A DNA stretch of 62,954 bases, the filler included, from Craspedostauros australis (taxonomy: Eukaryota), in assembly GCA_030167865.1 (NCBI GenBank). It is 16 parts of 16 records of this genome, joined end to end, with 100 filler letters (N's around TTAATTAATTAA, not from the genome) between each part and the next. Parts side by side here need not be neighbours in the genome. Positions count along the whole stretch, not along the records: positions 44,721 to 50,609 come from JALAGF010000556.1; positions 50,710 to 55,532 come from JALAGF010000557.1; positions 55,633 to 56,918 come from JALAGF010000559.1; positions 57,019 to 58,571 come from JALAGF010000560.1; positions 58,672 to 60,891 come from JALAGF010000561.1; 11 more parts are not named here. One strand, given 5' to 3'. This document shows positions 47,251 to 59,682 of this stretch, one piece after another (position 1 is the stretch's first letter; every line of letters begins with the position of its first letter). The position numbers and the translations under genes are program-made. Under the pieces are notes generated by a model. It searched no databases. It was not told where the DNA came from and saw only the letters and a list, made by a program, of their open reading frames with translations.

Positions 47251-49286
47251 CGACCTGAGCTTAAGTCCACTTGAGGACAGACGACTTTCCATCATAGTGT
47301 GTCCCATGTCGTTACCTGAAATTCACTGTTGGCGCGAAATCTTCCCACCCCGACAACAGCAAAATCATCTTTTCTCTTTTCCCTCTTTTTCCATTCACGG
47401 ATCATCGCTGACTCAAAAAGGCACGATTGACTCGATCCAAGCTGTCCTGGGAACAATAGGTATGCTCCCCTGGATCCTTGTATTGCAACTTGTCTTGATT
47501 CCTTTATCAGGCATGACACATGCTTTCACTACATGGCCACAGCAAGGAGATTCAACCTGCTTCAACACAAGCAGGGAATCCAACCGTAATTCCGATCACC
47601 AACCTGTGGTATCTTCAATTGCAACCTCAACAAGATGTCAAGCACTTGTACTTGAATGCTGGAAGACTACTGCAGACGGTGAGAGCAACAAAGAGCAAGG
47701 AGTCTTGTCCGTCCTCAAAACCGGACCCCAGAGGATCAGTGCAGAGCTGCACCAACTGTGTGAACATTGTTTCTTCATCCTATCTGAATCAACTGATCAA
47801 CTCATTCCACCCAAACGCAATAGCACAAGACAAGATTAGTACAAACAGCACTACTCTACTCATCATGAATACAATTACTTCCCCAGGCACTCACCCCTCG
47901 TGAACTGCATCAAATGGCCTCCTCGAAACTGGCAGTCAGCAAGGTCTTCCCTTCCGGATCGTGTCGCAACAGCACACGAAATCCAACACGAATTGAGTTT
48001 CCTCTATCCCCACGCAATGAATCTATCTGGGCGCGTTCTGGTACTCCCTCGCATGGAGCATCTCGCCGACGAGGACATCCCCCATTTCCAAGAGAAAGCG
48101 ATCACGAACAAAAAGCCAATTCATTCCATTAGAGAATTCTCGCAAGTAGCCACTTCCCGATTTCAAGCACCCACGAAGACAGAGATGTGACACGGGTCTG
48201 CCTGGTCTTGAAATCGGGAAAAGTTGCTCATTGGAGTCAATTTCAGAGCGCTTCGTGAACAAATAAGTACTTGAACAGTTCCCCCATGGCACTGCATCAG
48301 TTCTCCTACAATAGTTCTTCTATCTTTTTCAGTCTACTCCTGCCTATCCGCTGTTTTGCCAAAAAGGGGCGCAAAGGGGCTACAATCTTCCCGGATAAAA
48401 ACAACCAACCCTTATCACCAACAACAATGTGTAATAATGGTATCAATTGAAAGCCAAGAGTGAGATCTATCTGATGATGTTGTCAAACTTGCTGTGTGTT
48501 GATCGCTTGGATTCCATTTTNNNNNNNNNNNNNNNNNNNNNNNNNNNNNNNNNNNNNNNNNNNNNNNNNNNNNNNNNNNNNNNNNNNNNNNNNNNNNNNN
48601 NNNNNNNNNNNNNNNNNNNNNNNNNNNNNNNNNNNNNNNNNNNNNNNNNNNNNNNNNNNNNNNNNNNNNNNNNNNNNNNNNNNNNNNGTACAATTCTACT
48701 GGGCCCTGGTACAAAATAATTTTCGGAACCCGTTCAAAACAGGCGCGCAAGCCTCTTCCATCCCCGGTTGGCACTTTGTTTCGTCTGTTGGACTTGTTCG
48801 TGGCATCGATGGAATCGCGAGTCTCTTCCGGTTGCGGTGGTGTGGTGGTTGCCTACTGTGTGTTGTTCGTCGGCCCCTTGTGTGCCGTTGAAGTTGGTGC
48901 TCTCGGCTCGTGATTCGAAATTCTTTGTCATGTCGGTTGGTGCCAATCTCCATTCATTTTCTGCGCTCTGGACCGCGTGTGTCGTGTCGGCGACTTCAAA
49001 CACACCAACAACTGTATTTGAATCCAATGTTCACATGCAGCAATGAACATGAGGCCGTTCCAAGATGTTGCCACCATCTATCAATGATCGTTGCTGGCGA
49101 CAATGGTTTCAGAGCAGTGCAACGGATCCATAACAGTCGGCGATCGCTCGATTTGTTGGGGTGTGACGCTATATCACTTCTTGCACATCAACATGCACAC
49201 AACATTTGATTGAGACATCAACACTTTCATTGCACACATTCTGATCATCCCCCTCCCAACATCTCCGCAACACGAACAACATCAAC

Positions 49287-50609
49287 ATGAGGATCACTCT
49301 CGGAGCCAAGGTCACTGGCAGATGCGGGCCTCGTCGGTCCAACACACCTCGCAAACAGCGTGACTACATCGTGGGACGCACGATCAAGGTTCTTCCCAAA
49401 CACAACTGGATCGTCCACTGGGAATCCTTGGGTGTCGTATGCCAACACAGTTCCCAAACCCTCATTCGCCTGGAAGGCGATGAAAGTCCACTTCCCGACA
49501 CCAAGGTCGAAGAATACATTCAAACCATCTTTGTCGGAAAAGGAGTTGCGGCGTTGGATGCTTTCACGAAGAGCCACAGATTCCTCCTGCCACCAGAGGC
49601 GATCACTGGGCCGGCGGATGCGCCTGCAGTCAGCCAAGACTTGGGTGTTGGGACGAACTCTCTGTCCAGCAACATTCTCCCGAGCAACGGTCCGGCTGCG
49701 ACTTCTCTACCACTGAACTCTCCTCCCATCAACATTCACCCAACCAACGTTCCGGCCGCGACTTCCCAACCAACAAACTCTTCGCGCACATTCCCAACCA
49801 ACAAAGTCAGTATTGACAGCAGATCCGAAGAGCCAGAGGATGATGCATCTATGGATTGCAACATCGACAACAACATCGACAACGACGTGTTGAATTATGC
49901 AATTGAGATGGAGGAACAAACCCTCCACTACGAACCACATCACGCAGAGAAGGCCACACTGATCTCTGCCAACACCTCCATCAGCATGGGATCTCGAGCC
50001 GACGTAATGACGTGGAAGGTTGTACCAGATGACCACATTGGCAGCCCCAAAGATGGATCTTCACGGGAGTGGGTGGGGGTTGCAAACTTCGACTTCACCA
50101 ACCTAACTGTCGCGGGCAGGGGCAGGGACAGCAGGTACCAATGTATCAACATGCTGCATCTCCTACAGCACATGTGGCCTGGCGACTGGAAGGCCCAGGT
50201 TGACAAGCTCAATCAAAGGATCATCACAAGGCAACTTCCCACGAGAATATTGGAGGATCAGATCAACAATCACCTCATATCTCATCACGAGTTTTGGGTG
50301 TTCTTTGGATTGCTCCTTCTGGGCACTATCGAAGGCACATCCTGCCTGTGGGGCGACAGAGACACTGAAGGATTCAAACAGCCAATGAACGTCACCGACC
50401 ACATGAAGAATTATCGGTTTCGTGCCATCCGAGAATCACTGATTCCACACATCTCCACGGATGCATCCAAGCAATTCTTGGATCCATGGTGGCAAATTCA
50501 ACCAGGTGTGGATGCTTTCAACGCAAAGCGGGCGGAGATCATGTGCGCGAGCACACTGAAGGTGATGGATGAATCCATGAGTGCCTTCAAGACACGAACA
50601 ACCAAGAAT
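49287..50609 (+). mobile_element. piggyBac-like (DDE_Tnp_1_7) transposase, N-terminal half
   Basis: EFWVFFGLLLL, LWG, MKNYRFRAIRE, DPWWQI..VDAFN and VMDESMSAF (first catalytic Asp). Truncated by the contig end. Confidence 0.85.
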
Positions 50610-51659
50610 NNNNNNNNNNNNNNNNNNNNNNNNNNNNNNNNNNNNNNNNNNNNTTAATTAATTAANNNNNNNNNNNNNNNNNNNNNNNNNNNNNNNNNNN
50701 NNNNNNNNNAGCTGGTGGGAACCTAAACAGTGTTATATTAGAGGAACATTTGATGATGAAAGACGTTGATGGTACTGAAGGGGACGACAATTACGATAAA
50801 AAGCTTGTGGTTACACACAAAGTTGTTGTGTTACCGTCTACAAGTCTATTGAAGTCCAAGGATGCGGTTGACAACACGTAANNNNNNNNNNNNNNNNNNN
50901 NNNNNNNNNNNNNNNNNNNNNNNNNNNNNNNNNNNNNNNNNNNNNNNNNNNNNNNNNNNNNNNNNNNNNNNNNNNNNNNNNNNNNNNNNNNNNNNNNNNN
51001 NNNNNNNNNNNNNNNNNNNNNNNNNNNNNNNNNNNNNNNNNNNNNNNNNNNNNNNNNNNNNNNNNNNNNNNNNNNNNNTGAGGAGTCCACTTACGAAGCC
51101 CAAAAATGCAAGGGGGTCGTAAGTGGACTCACCAGTCCACTTACGAAAACGCCCACACAAAAAATTCCTTACGGATATGCGAAGAAGGAAATCATGCACA
51201 GGAGGCAATTGGCGACGACTTCGGTAGCATTATATACGTCCGATAGTGAATACCGTGAGGTACTCAGAATCTGTGCTTGTTCTTACGTCACCCTAAACGG
51301 CGACCAGTGCCCTGGGGACGCAAGATACCGTGGCCCTCGCGTAACCAATGTCACTCTCTGCACAGGTACCGTTCTCAGCGCTGTGTCGCTGTGACGTAGT
51401 ACCCGACAGTTTTCCCCCTTTCGGCGCTTCACGATCATCGTCGTCGTTACTCCGACATCATTGATCGCAACCCATGCGCACCGCGCGGTCAACTTCGCTC
51501 TGAGTACGCCGCGCGCATTCGGTGCGCACATCGTCACACGCCCTCTCCTTTGATCGTTGTCCTTTTTAGCGGCTCCATTTGCGGCTCTTCCCATAATCAC
51601 AGCGCCGCTCCGCAAGTCGAGAGCAGCCGGAGTCCAAGACAGCAACAACCAGTACGAGC

Positions 51660-54600
51660 ATGTCGTCCCTGCCTCCCAATGCCCGCGGCGAGAATGATGA
51701 TAGCATCGTCTTCGTGAACGAAAGTGGTGGTAGTCACAGCTATGGCAATAACGATGGCAATGAGAACGGCAACGGCAACAATGGTAGCAACAATGGCAAC
51801 AATGGCAACAATGGCAATGGCAATGGCAACGATAATGACAATGACAGCGATGAGAACCATTCGACAACATCCAACATGGACGAAGACGAGGTCTTCCCTC
51901 CTACTGATCTGGAGCCCACCGAATCGCAGCTCATGAGGGACTTGTCGCAACCCGTCTTGCGGATGCGCAGCAACCAGATCATGGCCATCATCGAGGCCGC
52001 AGACACCGACGAATCGGGCGAACTGCGTCGCAGCGGCTCCTTGAACAGCGATGCTGCGGGCGGAGATGGAAATGCAGAAACCCACAGCGACGATGAGCGT
52101 CCGCAGTTCGTCGACCATGACGACGATGAGCCAAAGCGCGCTGATAGCGACGCACTAAAACCTGCTTCGTCCGGCGCGCTCGCGGTCGCACTCACGGCTG
52201 CTGTTGGTGGCACGAATAACGAGGGCACATCGCCGACGGCGAAGGCGAGATCCGTTGGAGCCTTTGCTGTGCCGTTTGCATCGCCAGCCTCCAGCAGCAG
52301 CAACCGCTCGGATCGCAATGTTGCGATGAACAAGAAGGACGCCTTCACGCTTGCGATGAATCCCTCTCAATTCAGTTCGAACGCCGCGAGACCGCGCTCT
52401 ACCAACAAAAATGCCCGCAATAGCGGCCGATCGGTCGGAGCGCACCGTGTGACGAACAACAGTGCGGATACTGGCAGTCTCACGAAGAGCGTTGCCGTCC
52501 ATCGAGATAGCAGCAGCACCGCAGCAAGTGCCGACCGAGCCGCGAAGGACGCCTTGGCCGTGGATCAAGCCCGCACCTCCGTGGTCGGAGCTGTGCCGTC
52601 CATGTCTCTGAAGGGTGATGCGAAGGAGAAGAAGGAATCCGGTGACCGCAAGTCGTCGGTCTCGATCTCTTCTTACTCGAAGACGATCATGGATGATTCG
52701 GAGGCCTTCAGCAGCGCCGGCATGGGCATTCCGCAGGATGATGATGTCAGCAACGATGCCAGCAATGCCACCAACCTCTTCGGTAGACCGGCGACGCCGG
52801 CCATCAGATCGCGCAGTGCTGGGCTGCGTGACGCCTTGTCTACCAACCCCGCTATCGCAGAACACCTCGATGGGCATATGCAGGAATTGCGCGACAGTAT
52901 GGCGAATCAAGAGCAGTTCGTCGATCTGGAAGGCATGGCCATGGGCGACGACAATACAACGGCCGTCGAAGCTGTTGCGGTCAACGACAGCGAGCTCCTC
53001 CAAATCGCGAGAGATGAGGTCATGGAGAATGCTGTCGAAGCGCAAGTCGTCACGCAGCAAGAGCAGGAAAAGACCATCGAACTCGCTGCAGCTCAGCGAG
53101 GCAAGCAGCAGCAACGCAAGTACGCGATTGTACTTGCGTTGGCGCTCGTTGCCGTCATCGCCCTTGCGATTGGTCTTTCAGTTGGACTGGAAGGCAGTGG
53201 CAGTGGCAGTGCATTGATTGCGATCAATATAACGATGGTTCCAACCGAATCGCCCACAACGGCCACACCAACGCAACTGCCGTCTGCATCACCAAGCAAC
53301 GCCCCCACTCTCGCTCCCACCTGGTCTGCGGAAGCATCGCAGCTCTTGGACTTCATTCGATCATCGTCGCCTCAAACAACTGTGGATCAGTTGGATGTGG
53401 AGAACACGCCACAAGCCAAAGCGTTTGATTGGCTCATCGAGGACCAAAAGACCCGCAGGGCCTTCAATGCCGACGGCAAAGGCTGGACGCAGGGTGACTT
53501 GGCTGTGCGGTATGCGTTGGCCGTGTTTTACTACAGCACAGGCGGAGACGGTTGGTTCGTCAAGGAAGACTGGATGGCGCTTGGCATGCACCATTGCGAG
53601 TGGGGCGGATCGATCACCTGCGGCAACAGCCCGACGATACAGCCGTTGCAGAAGATATCCATGTCCGGCAACAACCTGGCCGGCACCCTTCCAGATGAGC
53701 TGGCCATGCTGTCACTACTCGGTAAGCGCGGTCATGCTGTTGTGGATGATGCCTATTTCTCAATGCGCCCTTTAACTTTGGCGCAAACGCAGCAGTCTCC
53801 CCCATGCCTTTTGTTATACATCTTCGCGTCTAACACTCTTGCATCCAAACCCATTCTTCTCTGCTTGTCCTGGTTGTGCTGGCACAAATTCTATACAAAC
53901 CTCCCGCGACACGTCTACCATCACACAAACCAGACACCCTCACCCTGTCGGGAAACTCACTGTCAGGATCCATACCAACATCGATGGCAACGATTCAGAG
54001 CATGGCGTACATGGTTCTGTCCAACAACATGCTCGAAGGTCCACTTTTCCCCAACGACGAGTGGGAACCAGTGATGAAGAACTGGCAGAACACGCTGCTG
54101 GAGTTTGATCTGTCCCAGAACACCTTCACGGGAGACTTCCCAGCTGGTTTAAGGCATCTCAAGTCGGTCGTCAACATCCAACTGCAGAACAATGCACTGA
54201 ATGGGACCATCGCAACGGAGATCGGATTGATGGAGAGTTTGGGTACGTGGTATTGTGTACACGTGTGTATCTGTATACGTGTGTTTGTATACATTTGTAT
54301 GTTTGCGTGTTGAGTGTTGCGCGCATTCCATGTGTTGGGTGTGGCAGATGCAGTATGTCCGTCGCAACAGACCAACGGTTTCAAATGGACGATTGCTCAC
54401 CACCTTCCATTCCCTTTCCATTCCAATTGTCCCTCCTCACCAATACACCCCCGCGCCACGTACCCGCACCAACACGCCATCCACAGAGGAAATCGATCTG
54501 AGCCGCAGCTCCTTCAGCGAGAATGCCACCATCCCATCAGAAATCGGCATGCTTGATTCGTTGCAAAAGTTCATCATGATCTCATCCAACATAGGCGGTA

Positions 54601-54984
54601 CAATCCCAACGGAGCTTGGATTGCTCAAAGATCTCCAACTGCTCAAGATCAACCGCAACAAGAGGATCGAGGGTATGATCCCTCCACACATTGGCAACAT
54701 GACCAGTCTGGAGACGCTGTCTCTCGGTTCCAACAAGCTGGTTGGCCCCATCCCAGAAGAGATCGGGCAGTTGATCAACCTCGAGGAGATAGAATTCGAC
54801 AACAACCGTCTTACATCCTGGCCAGAGTCCCTGTTCGAGAACCTCACAAAGCTTCGCATCTTGAACCTGCGACGCAATCAGATCCGGAGCTCGCTTCCGC
54901 CATCAATCGGCAATCTCACCGACTTGCAGGTGTTCAGCTTCGAAACCAACCCAATTTCAGGCTCATTGCCATCTGAAATCGGGT
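51660..54984 (+). CDS. Type II membrane LRR protein, 3 exons, interrupted at the 3' end
   Basis: Exons 51660-53721, 53934-54242 and 54487-54984 (both introns phase 1, GT-AG). Long disordered N-terminus, TM YAIVLALALVAVIALAIGLSVGL, PT stalk, cap PQAKAFDWL..RYALAVFYYSTGG..HCEW, and LxLxxNxLxGxIPxEIG repeats. Confidence 0.88.
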
Positions 54985-55532
54985 TGAGTTGGGACAGACT
55001 AGCTCCGGGACTGACTCGGGACTTGACTGTCCATTCCGCGTACACGGTACTCGGTACCCAAGACCGATACTGTGATGAAAGGCTACCACACACACGATGT
55101 GTAGTTGAACTGCAATCCTTGCGTTGCTCGCCCTCCAGCTCATGCACCCCTGCCACCTATCCACCTCGTCACCCTGCCGAACATGCATCTGTCTTGAAGC
55201 ATATCCATGTGAATGGATCAGTTACTGCTCTATGGGTGATGATACTGGAAGACTGTATGTGTGCAGGATCACCACGGCATGTTGCTGCGCAACAAAGAAC
55301 GGCTGAAGTACGACAGCATGAACCCCACCTTTTTACTCGATCGTCCTATCAATGGTAAGCTTAACACATAAAACAAGCAATCAGAAACAATCTTCACAGC
55401 TTACTCTCAAGTTTACTACAGTTACACCATCGTCTGATACAGCTTTGCTCTCAACATCAAACGGCGTCAAAACCGGTTGAAGGGCAGATCATCCTCCTAA
55501 CAACGTGCAAAAGACACGGAACACTAACTGGT
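54985..55532 (-). mobile_element. Probable LTR retrotransposon 3' end (158-bp LTR at 54985-55142 plus polypurine tract) inserted in the LRR gene
   Basis: The LRR pattern stops abruptly at EIG. The segment is bounded by TGAGTTGG...CCAGCTCA (TG..CA, 7/8 inverted match). On the minus strand it is preceded by the purine-rich GAGGTGGATAGGTGGCAGGGG. Confidence 0.6.
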
Positions 55533-55632
55533 NNNNNNNNNNNNNNNNNNNNNNNNNNNNNNNNNNNNNNNNNNNNTTAATTAATTAANNNNNNNNNNNN
55601 NNNNNNNNNNNNNNNNNNNNNNNNNNNNNNNN

Positions 55633-55809
55633 TCCCTCAACCATGTTGAGCCAGACGAGGGCCGTGATCATGATGACGACGGCGACCACTGGGTGGACCT
55701 CGGACGAGACCTTGGTTTGCTCATTGAAGATGAGTCCGCAGACGATGGTGATGGAGAAGATGAGGAGTCCGGTGGAGTACACCGACTTGATGAGCTGAAT
55801 GGGATCCAT
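55633..55809 (-). CDS. SIT: Silicon transporter, N-terminal fragment
   Basis: IKSVYSTGLLIFSITIVCGLIFNEQTKVSSEVHPVVAVVIMITALVWLNMVEG matches the SIT N-terminal helices leading into the first EGxQ motif. Cut by the contig end. Confidence 0.92.
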
Positions 55810-56630
55810 CTTGTTTGCTTGTTGTTTGTTGTTGGATTGTCTGTTGATACTCTGGTTGTTGCTGTGATTGAGCGTTGCAGAGATTGCAAGATCTGAGATT
55901 GTGAGATGTAGGAGAGTTGGAGACCGGTGCTTTCACTTGACCTTCCTCGACCTTTCCTTCGTTGCATCAAGTTGCTGATTATTGGTACGCTGTGTTTGCC
56001 CCTTTTGCGCCTGGTCTGGGAGTTGCATTCAGCAACAAGAGTAATTTTCCACACCAATCAATCGTTGAACACATTGGCTTTGTCATTGGCGTGATGTGAT
56101 GGTTGTTGGTTTGTTCACGAAAAGATGAGCGAAACCCAGTCCGTGAACTGTTTCGGCACGACCGGCGCGCAAGACGTTGGCAATCGGTATGTTGGTCCTC
56201 GTAGTTGTATAAATTCATTTAAGGGATTGGACCTTCAAGGTGGTGCTGGCGTGACTTACTTATGGTTCCTTCCAACGAAGTCCAATGAATCCAGTTTGAA
56301 TCCTTCAGACTTGGATTCCAAAAGCGCGACAATGATCCTTCGTGTCACTCCTCCCTCCAACAAGTAAGACAGTCGCGTGATTGACTGTCTGCAACAGTTG
56401 GATTCGCAGTGTATGTCAACGCTTGCTGTTGTGTCAGTGTGTGGATTTGTCAGTTTGATTGGAACGACGCACATTCATCGAATGTTCTGTTTGTGTTGGT
56501 CTGGGACACCCAACAAATTGTCCATTTCATGAGTTTTTCTCTGCCAACTACTCGTTACGGGACTCGACAATGGAGGAATACTGCTGAGAAATTGTTCTCG
56601 AATGGAAAAATGGATATTTTTGCTTCTATG

Positions 56631-56760
56631 CAATGTCAGACAAAATTTGACCGAATTAGACAAAATGAGACAAAAACAGACAGAGTCAGAAAGCGTCAGA
56701 CAAAGTCAGACAGAAGTAGACAAAATCAGACAAAGCCGGACAAAGTGAGACTCAGGTTGA
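56631..56760. repeat. Degenerate 10-nt tandem array, 13 units, consensus CAAA(A/G)TCAGA
   Basis: Thirteen consecutive decamers all end in GA, with no indels. Confidence 0.85.
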
Positions 56761-58106
56761 TGACGGAAATTAGAGTGGGCGATGAATCAGTTGCTCTCTC
56801 CAGACTATGCACCTGCGCCTTCGCTCTGATATGAGTGATATTGTATTGCAAATAGCAATTCCCACAGTACAATATAACCTCATCGAGATATTTTGGAGGG
56901 GCAACATGCGAATTTCCCNNNNNNNNNNNNNNNNNNNNNNNNNNNNNNNNNNNNNNNNNNNNTTAATTAATTAANNNNNNNNNNNNNNNNNNNNNNNNNN
57001 NNNNNNNNNNNNNNNNNNATGGCGAGTACTCATGGAGTAGGAGCCAGTACTGAATGAACGGAGTGTCGAATACGGAGTACGTATTGAACACGGAGTATCG
57101 TGCGTGACGAGCACACGATGTTGAGAGAGAGAGAGAATACAGAAGAGGAGCGAGAGAGCATCTCGCGTACCGACTCATAGTCGGAGACTGAATCTACGAA
57201 ACAGATTGAAGTACCGAGAGCATCGGGCAAAAGAACGGCGTACACCGAGAGCATCGGAGTAGCCAAGTAATGAAATAGCAAACAGACGACTATCAACCAA
57301 CACCATCTTCCACGATCGTAGGTTACCGTGAGCGGAACTTGCCAACAAAACTGTTCCATCGAACGACGCAATCCAGTCGTGCCACGAGGTGGTGCTGGTC
57401 TCGAAACGGAATGGAGAAGGCGAAGAAAACAAGCTGTCAGAGTTTGTGCGTGGTCCATGATTCCGCGACACACGTCATCGAAAAACGTGAGGCGGACTTC
57501 AAAGGAGAAGCGAATCCGGGAAGAGAAACTCAACCCTCCAATCCAACGAGCGAATCCAGTCACGAGTATTTGATGAGTCACGAACAGCAATGGGCAACGA
57601 CAGCCACAGAAACAGCCACAGAAGGCACAACGCAGAGAAAAGTGACAGGCGAAACGAAACGGTCGCAATCTGCCAAACAACACAATTGGGTATAATCTTG
57701 TAGCCAGTTGGCGTCTACCATACGTTTCAATCCTCCATCATTGCTGCGTGTCCAATTCCGCCAAGGGTACAAACGATCATGCATCAAGGGAGCTTCGCCT
57801 TCCGATCGTGACAAGCATCATCGGTTCCGCTTTTTCGCTCAGCCCTGATGAGCCGGCAGGCACTCCTCGTCTCTTTTCTCTCACCCTTTGGTTCGTCCTC
57901 GCTCGCCGTCTTTTGTTGATGTTTCGTGTGTGTGCGTGTGTGTGTGTCGGATTGTTGATAGCGGCCAGCCAGCGAACCCAGAATACTGCCACAAGCAGAA
58001 ACCAAACAGCGATCGAGCCTCGACTGCACACAAATACGTGCAGCACAATTACAACAATCCACCACAGACATACCGTCCGATACAACACCACATCAGACAC
58101 ATCAAG

Positions 58107-58571
58107 ATGATTTCTGCCACAGTACGTGTCGTCACACGCAGATCACTCCGTTGTGGACTGACACCGCCCACACGTATCAGGACAGGACGAATGCAAGTGT
58201 CGATCCATCGACCGTCAATGACGCCTCGCCAACAACTGGGCATGTCGATGAGCATCATGCCGACAAGTACCGATTATGACTCAGTGAGAGACAACAAAGA
58301 AACAATGCAAACGCAGACAGACAGCGCCCGCCCTTCGCTGGCCTCACCCGAACACAGTGTGATTGCTGACATTCTCCAGGACAACGAGGTGTTCATGGAA
58401 GGCTCGGCCATCGGCAAGGGTCTGCGCCACGCCACTCGCCATTTCCTCCGCAGGGAGCAGGCCATTGCCAAGACGAACGGGTCCGACATCACCGACGAGG
58501 CATTCTACGTGTGCGATCTGGGCAGCATTGTGCAGCAGTACATGCAATGGAAGCATCGCTTACCCCGCGTT
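58107..58571 (+). CDS. ODC: Ornithine decarboxylase-like (group IV PLP decarboxylase), N-terminal fragment
   Basis: DEAFYVCDLGSIVQQYMQWKHRLPRV is the ODC N-terminal signature. It follows a long Arg/Ser/Thr-rich extension from ATG 58107. Confidence 0.8.
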
Positions 58572-58671
58572 NNNNNNNNNNNNNNNNNNNNNNNNNNNNN
58601 NNNNNNNNNNNNNNNTTAATTAATTAANNNNNNNNNNNNNNNNNNNNNNNNNNNNNNNNNNNNNNNNNNNN

Positions 58672-59158
58672 AAAGCACGAAGAAAGCCGACTACTACTGG
58701 GATGAGGACCCGTGGAAGGGCTGCACGACAGAGCCGTGGTGATGCAAGTTAACCGCCTCAGCAAGGCAAACGAGAATACCATAAATAGTGGAGTCAGAAT
58801 GTACAACGTTTGCTTGTCGTACCTAGATGAATCCTGCTGTTGGAATGCAACAAGTCAACTGGCAAGAGAGTCGCAACAACATCCGCACCCCCCATTCGAA
58901 GAGAGGGGAACATGCTGGCTCTGTAGCTGTCGAATGTGTACAATGGCATGAAGAGGCGAAGGATCCGTGGACCAGAATGAAAAAAGCCAAAAAACAACAA
59001 GATGCAGTTCGTACACAACATGATAATGAGCAAAAAAGCCACAAGTTGTTTTTGAAAATACGCAAGAATGTTTCGCCATTTGGTGGCCCGCATCCCTTTT
59101 CGACTTTCGTTTTCCTTCGTCGCAATTCGCAAAAAACGCCGTTTTCCCTTCCCCCCCT
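58672..59158. mobile_element. 487-bp repeat / putative transposon terminus, copy 1
   Basis: Identical by eye to 60992-61478. Ends TTTTCCCTTCCCCCCCT, after which the flanks diverge. Confidence 0.7.
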
Positions 59159-59682
59159 GCGCAATTCCTTGTGCTCTTCGCGGGCTTTTCGGTTCGTGAC
59201 ATTGGGAATCCCACGGATCCATCCGCGGTGTCGTTGGGTCAAGAAACAGCCACAGGCGCAAAAGGAATTCTCGGCATCGCCTTGGGCGGTCTTCGCGGGC
59301 GATCCAACTACACCAACGTAATGCAAACAAGAGGCGAGTTCGACATACATGCCGGACTGTGGTGCACAACGCATGTCGATACAAGGACATCGAAATGGAT
59401 GAGGTAACCCCTCTCTCTCTCTCTCTCTCTTGACCTCTCTGGGCATGCTTCGTGATCGTCCAACATACTGTGAATGTTCCTGACTTCGCCAACGAGCGCC
59501 CCACAAGACGCAGGAAGCACAAGAAACACAGGCAAAAGGGAAGGAGTGATCAACTGGCGATGATCTCTCTGGATATCTCATAAAAACAATTACACCATCT
59601 TGTGAACAATCACAAACCCCAAGCTCTAACCAAACGACGAACAAATCCAACCTGTCCAACCTGCCCAACCTGCCTCACCAAA

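Noticed and set aside
57175..57695. Coding-looking stretch upstream of ODC
   Set aside because: It has no ATG-initiated long frame and no motif; it may be a decayed gene but is unsupported.
55633..58571. Apparent silicification cluster of SIT next to ODC
   Set aside because: The genes are on different contigs separated by the artificial spacer, so adjacency is not evidence of linkage.
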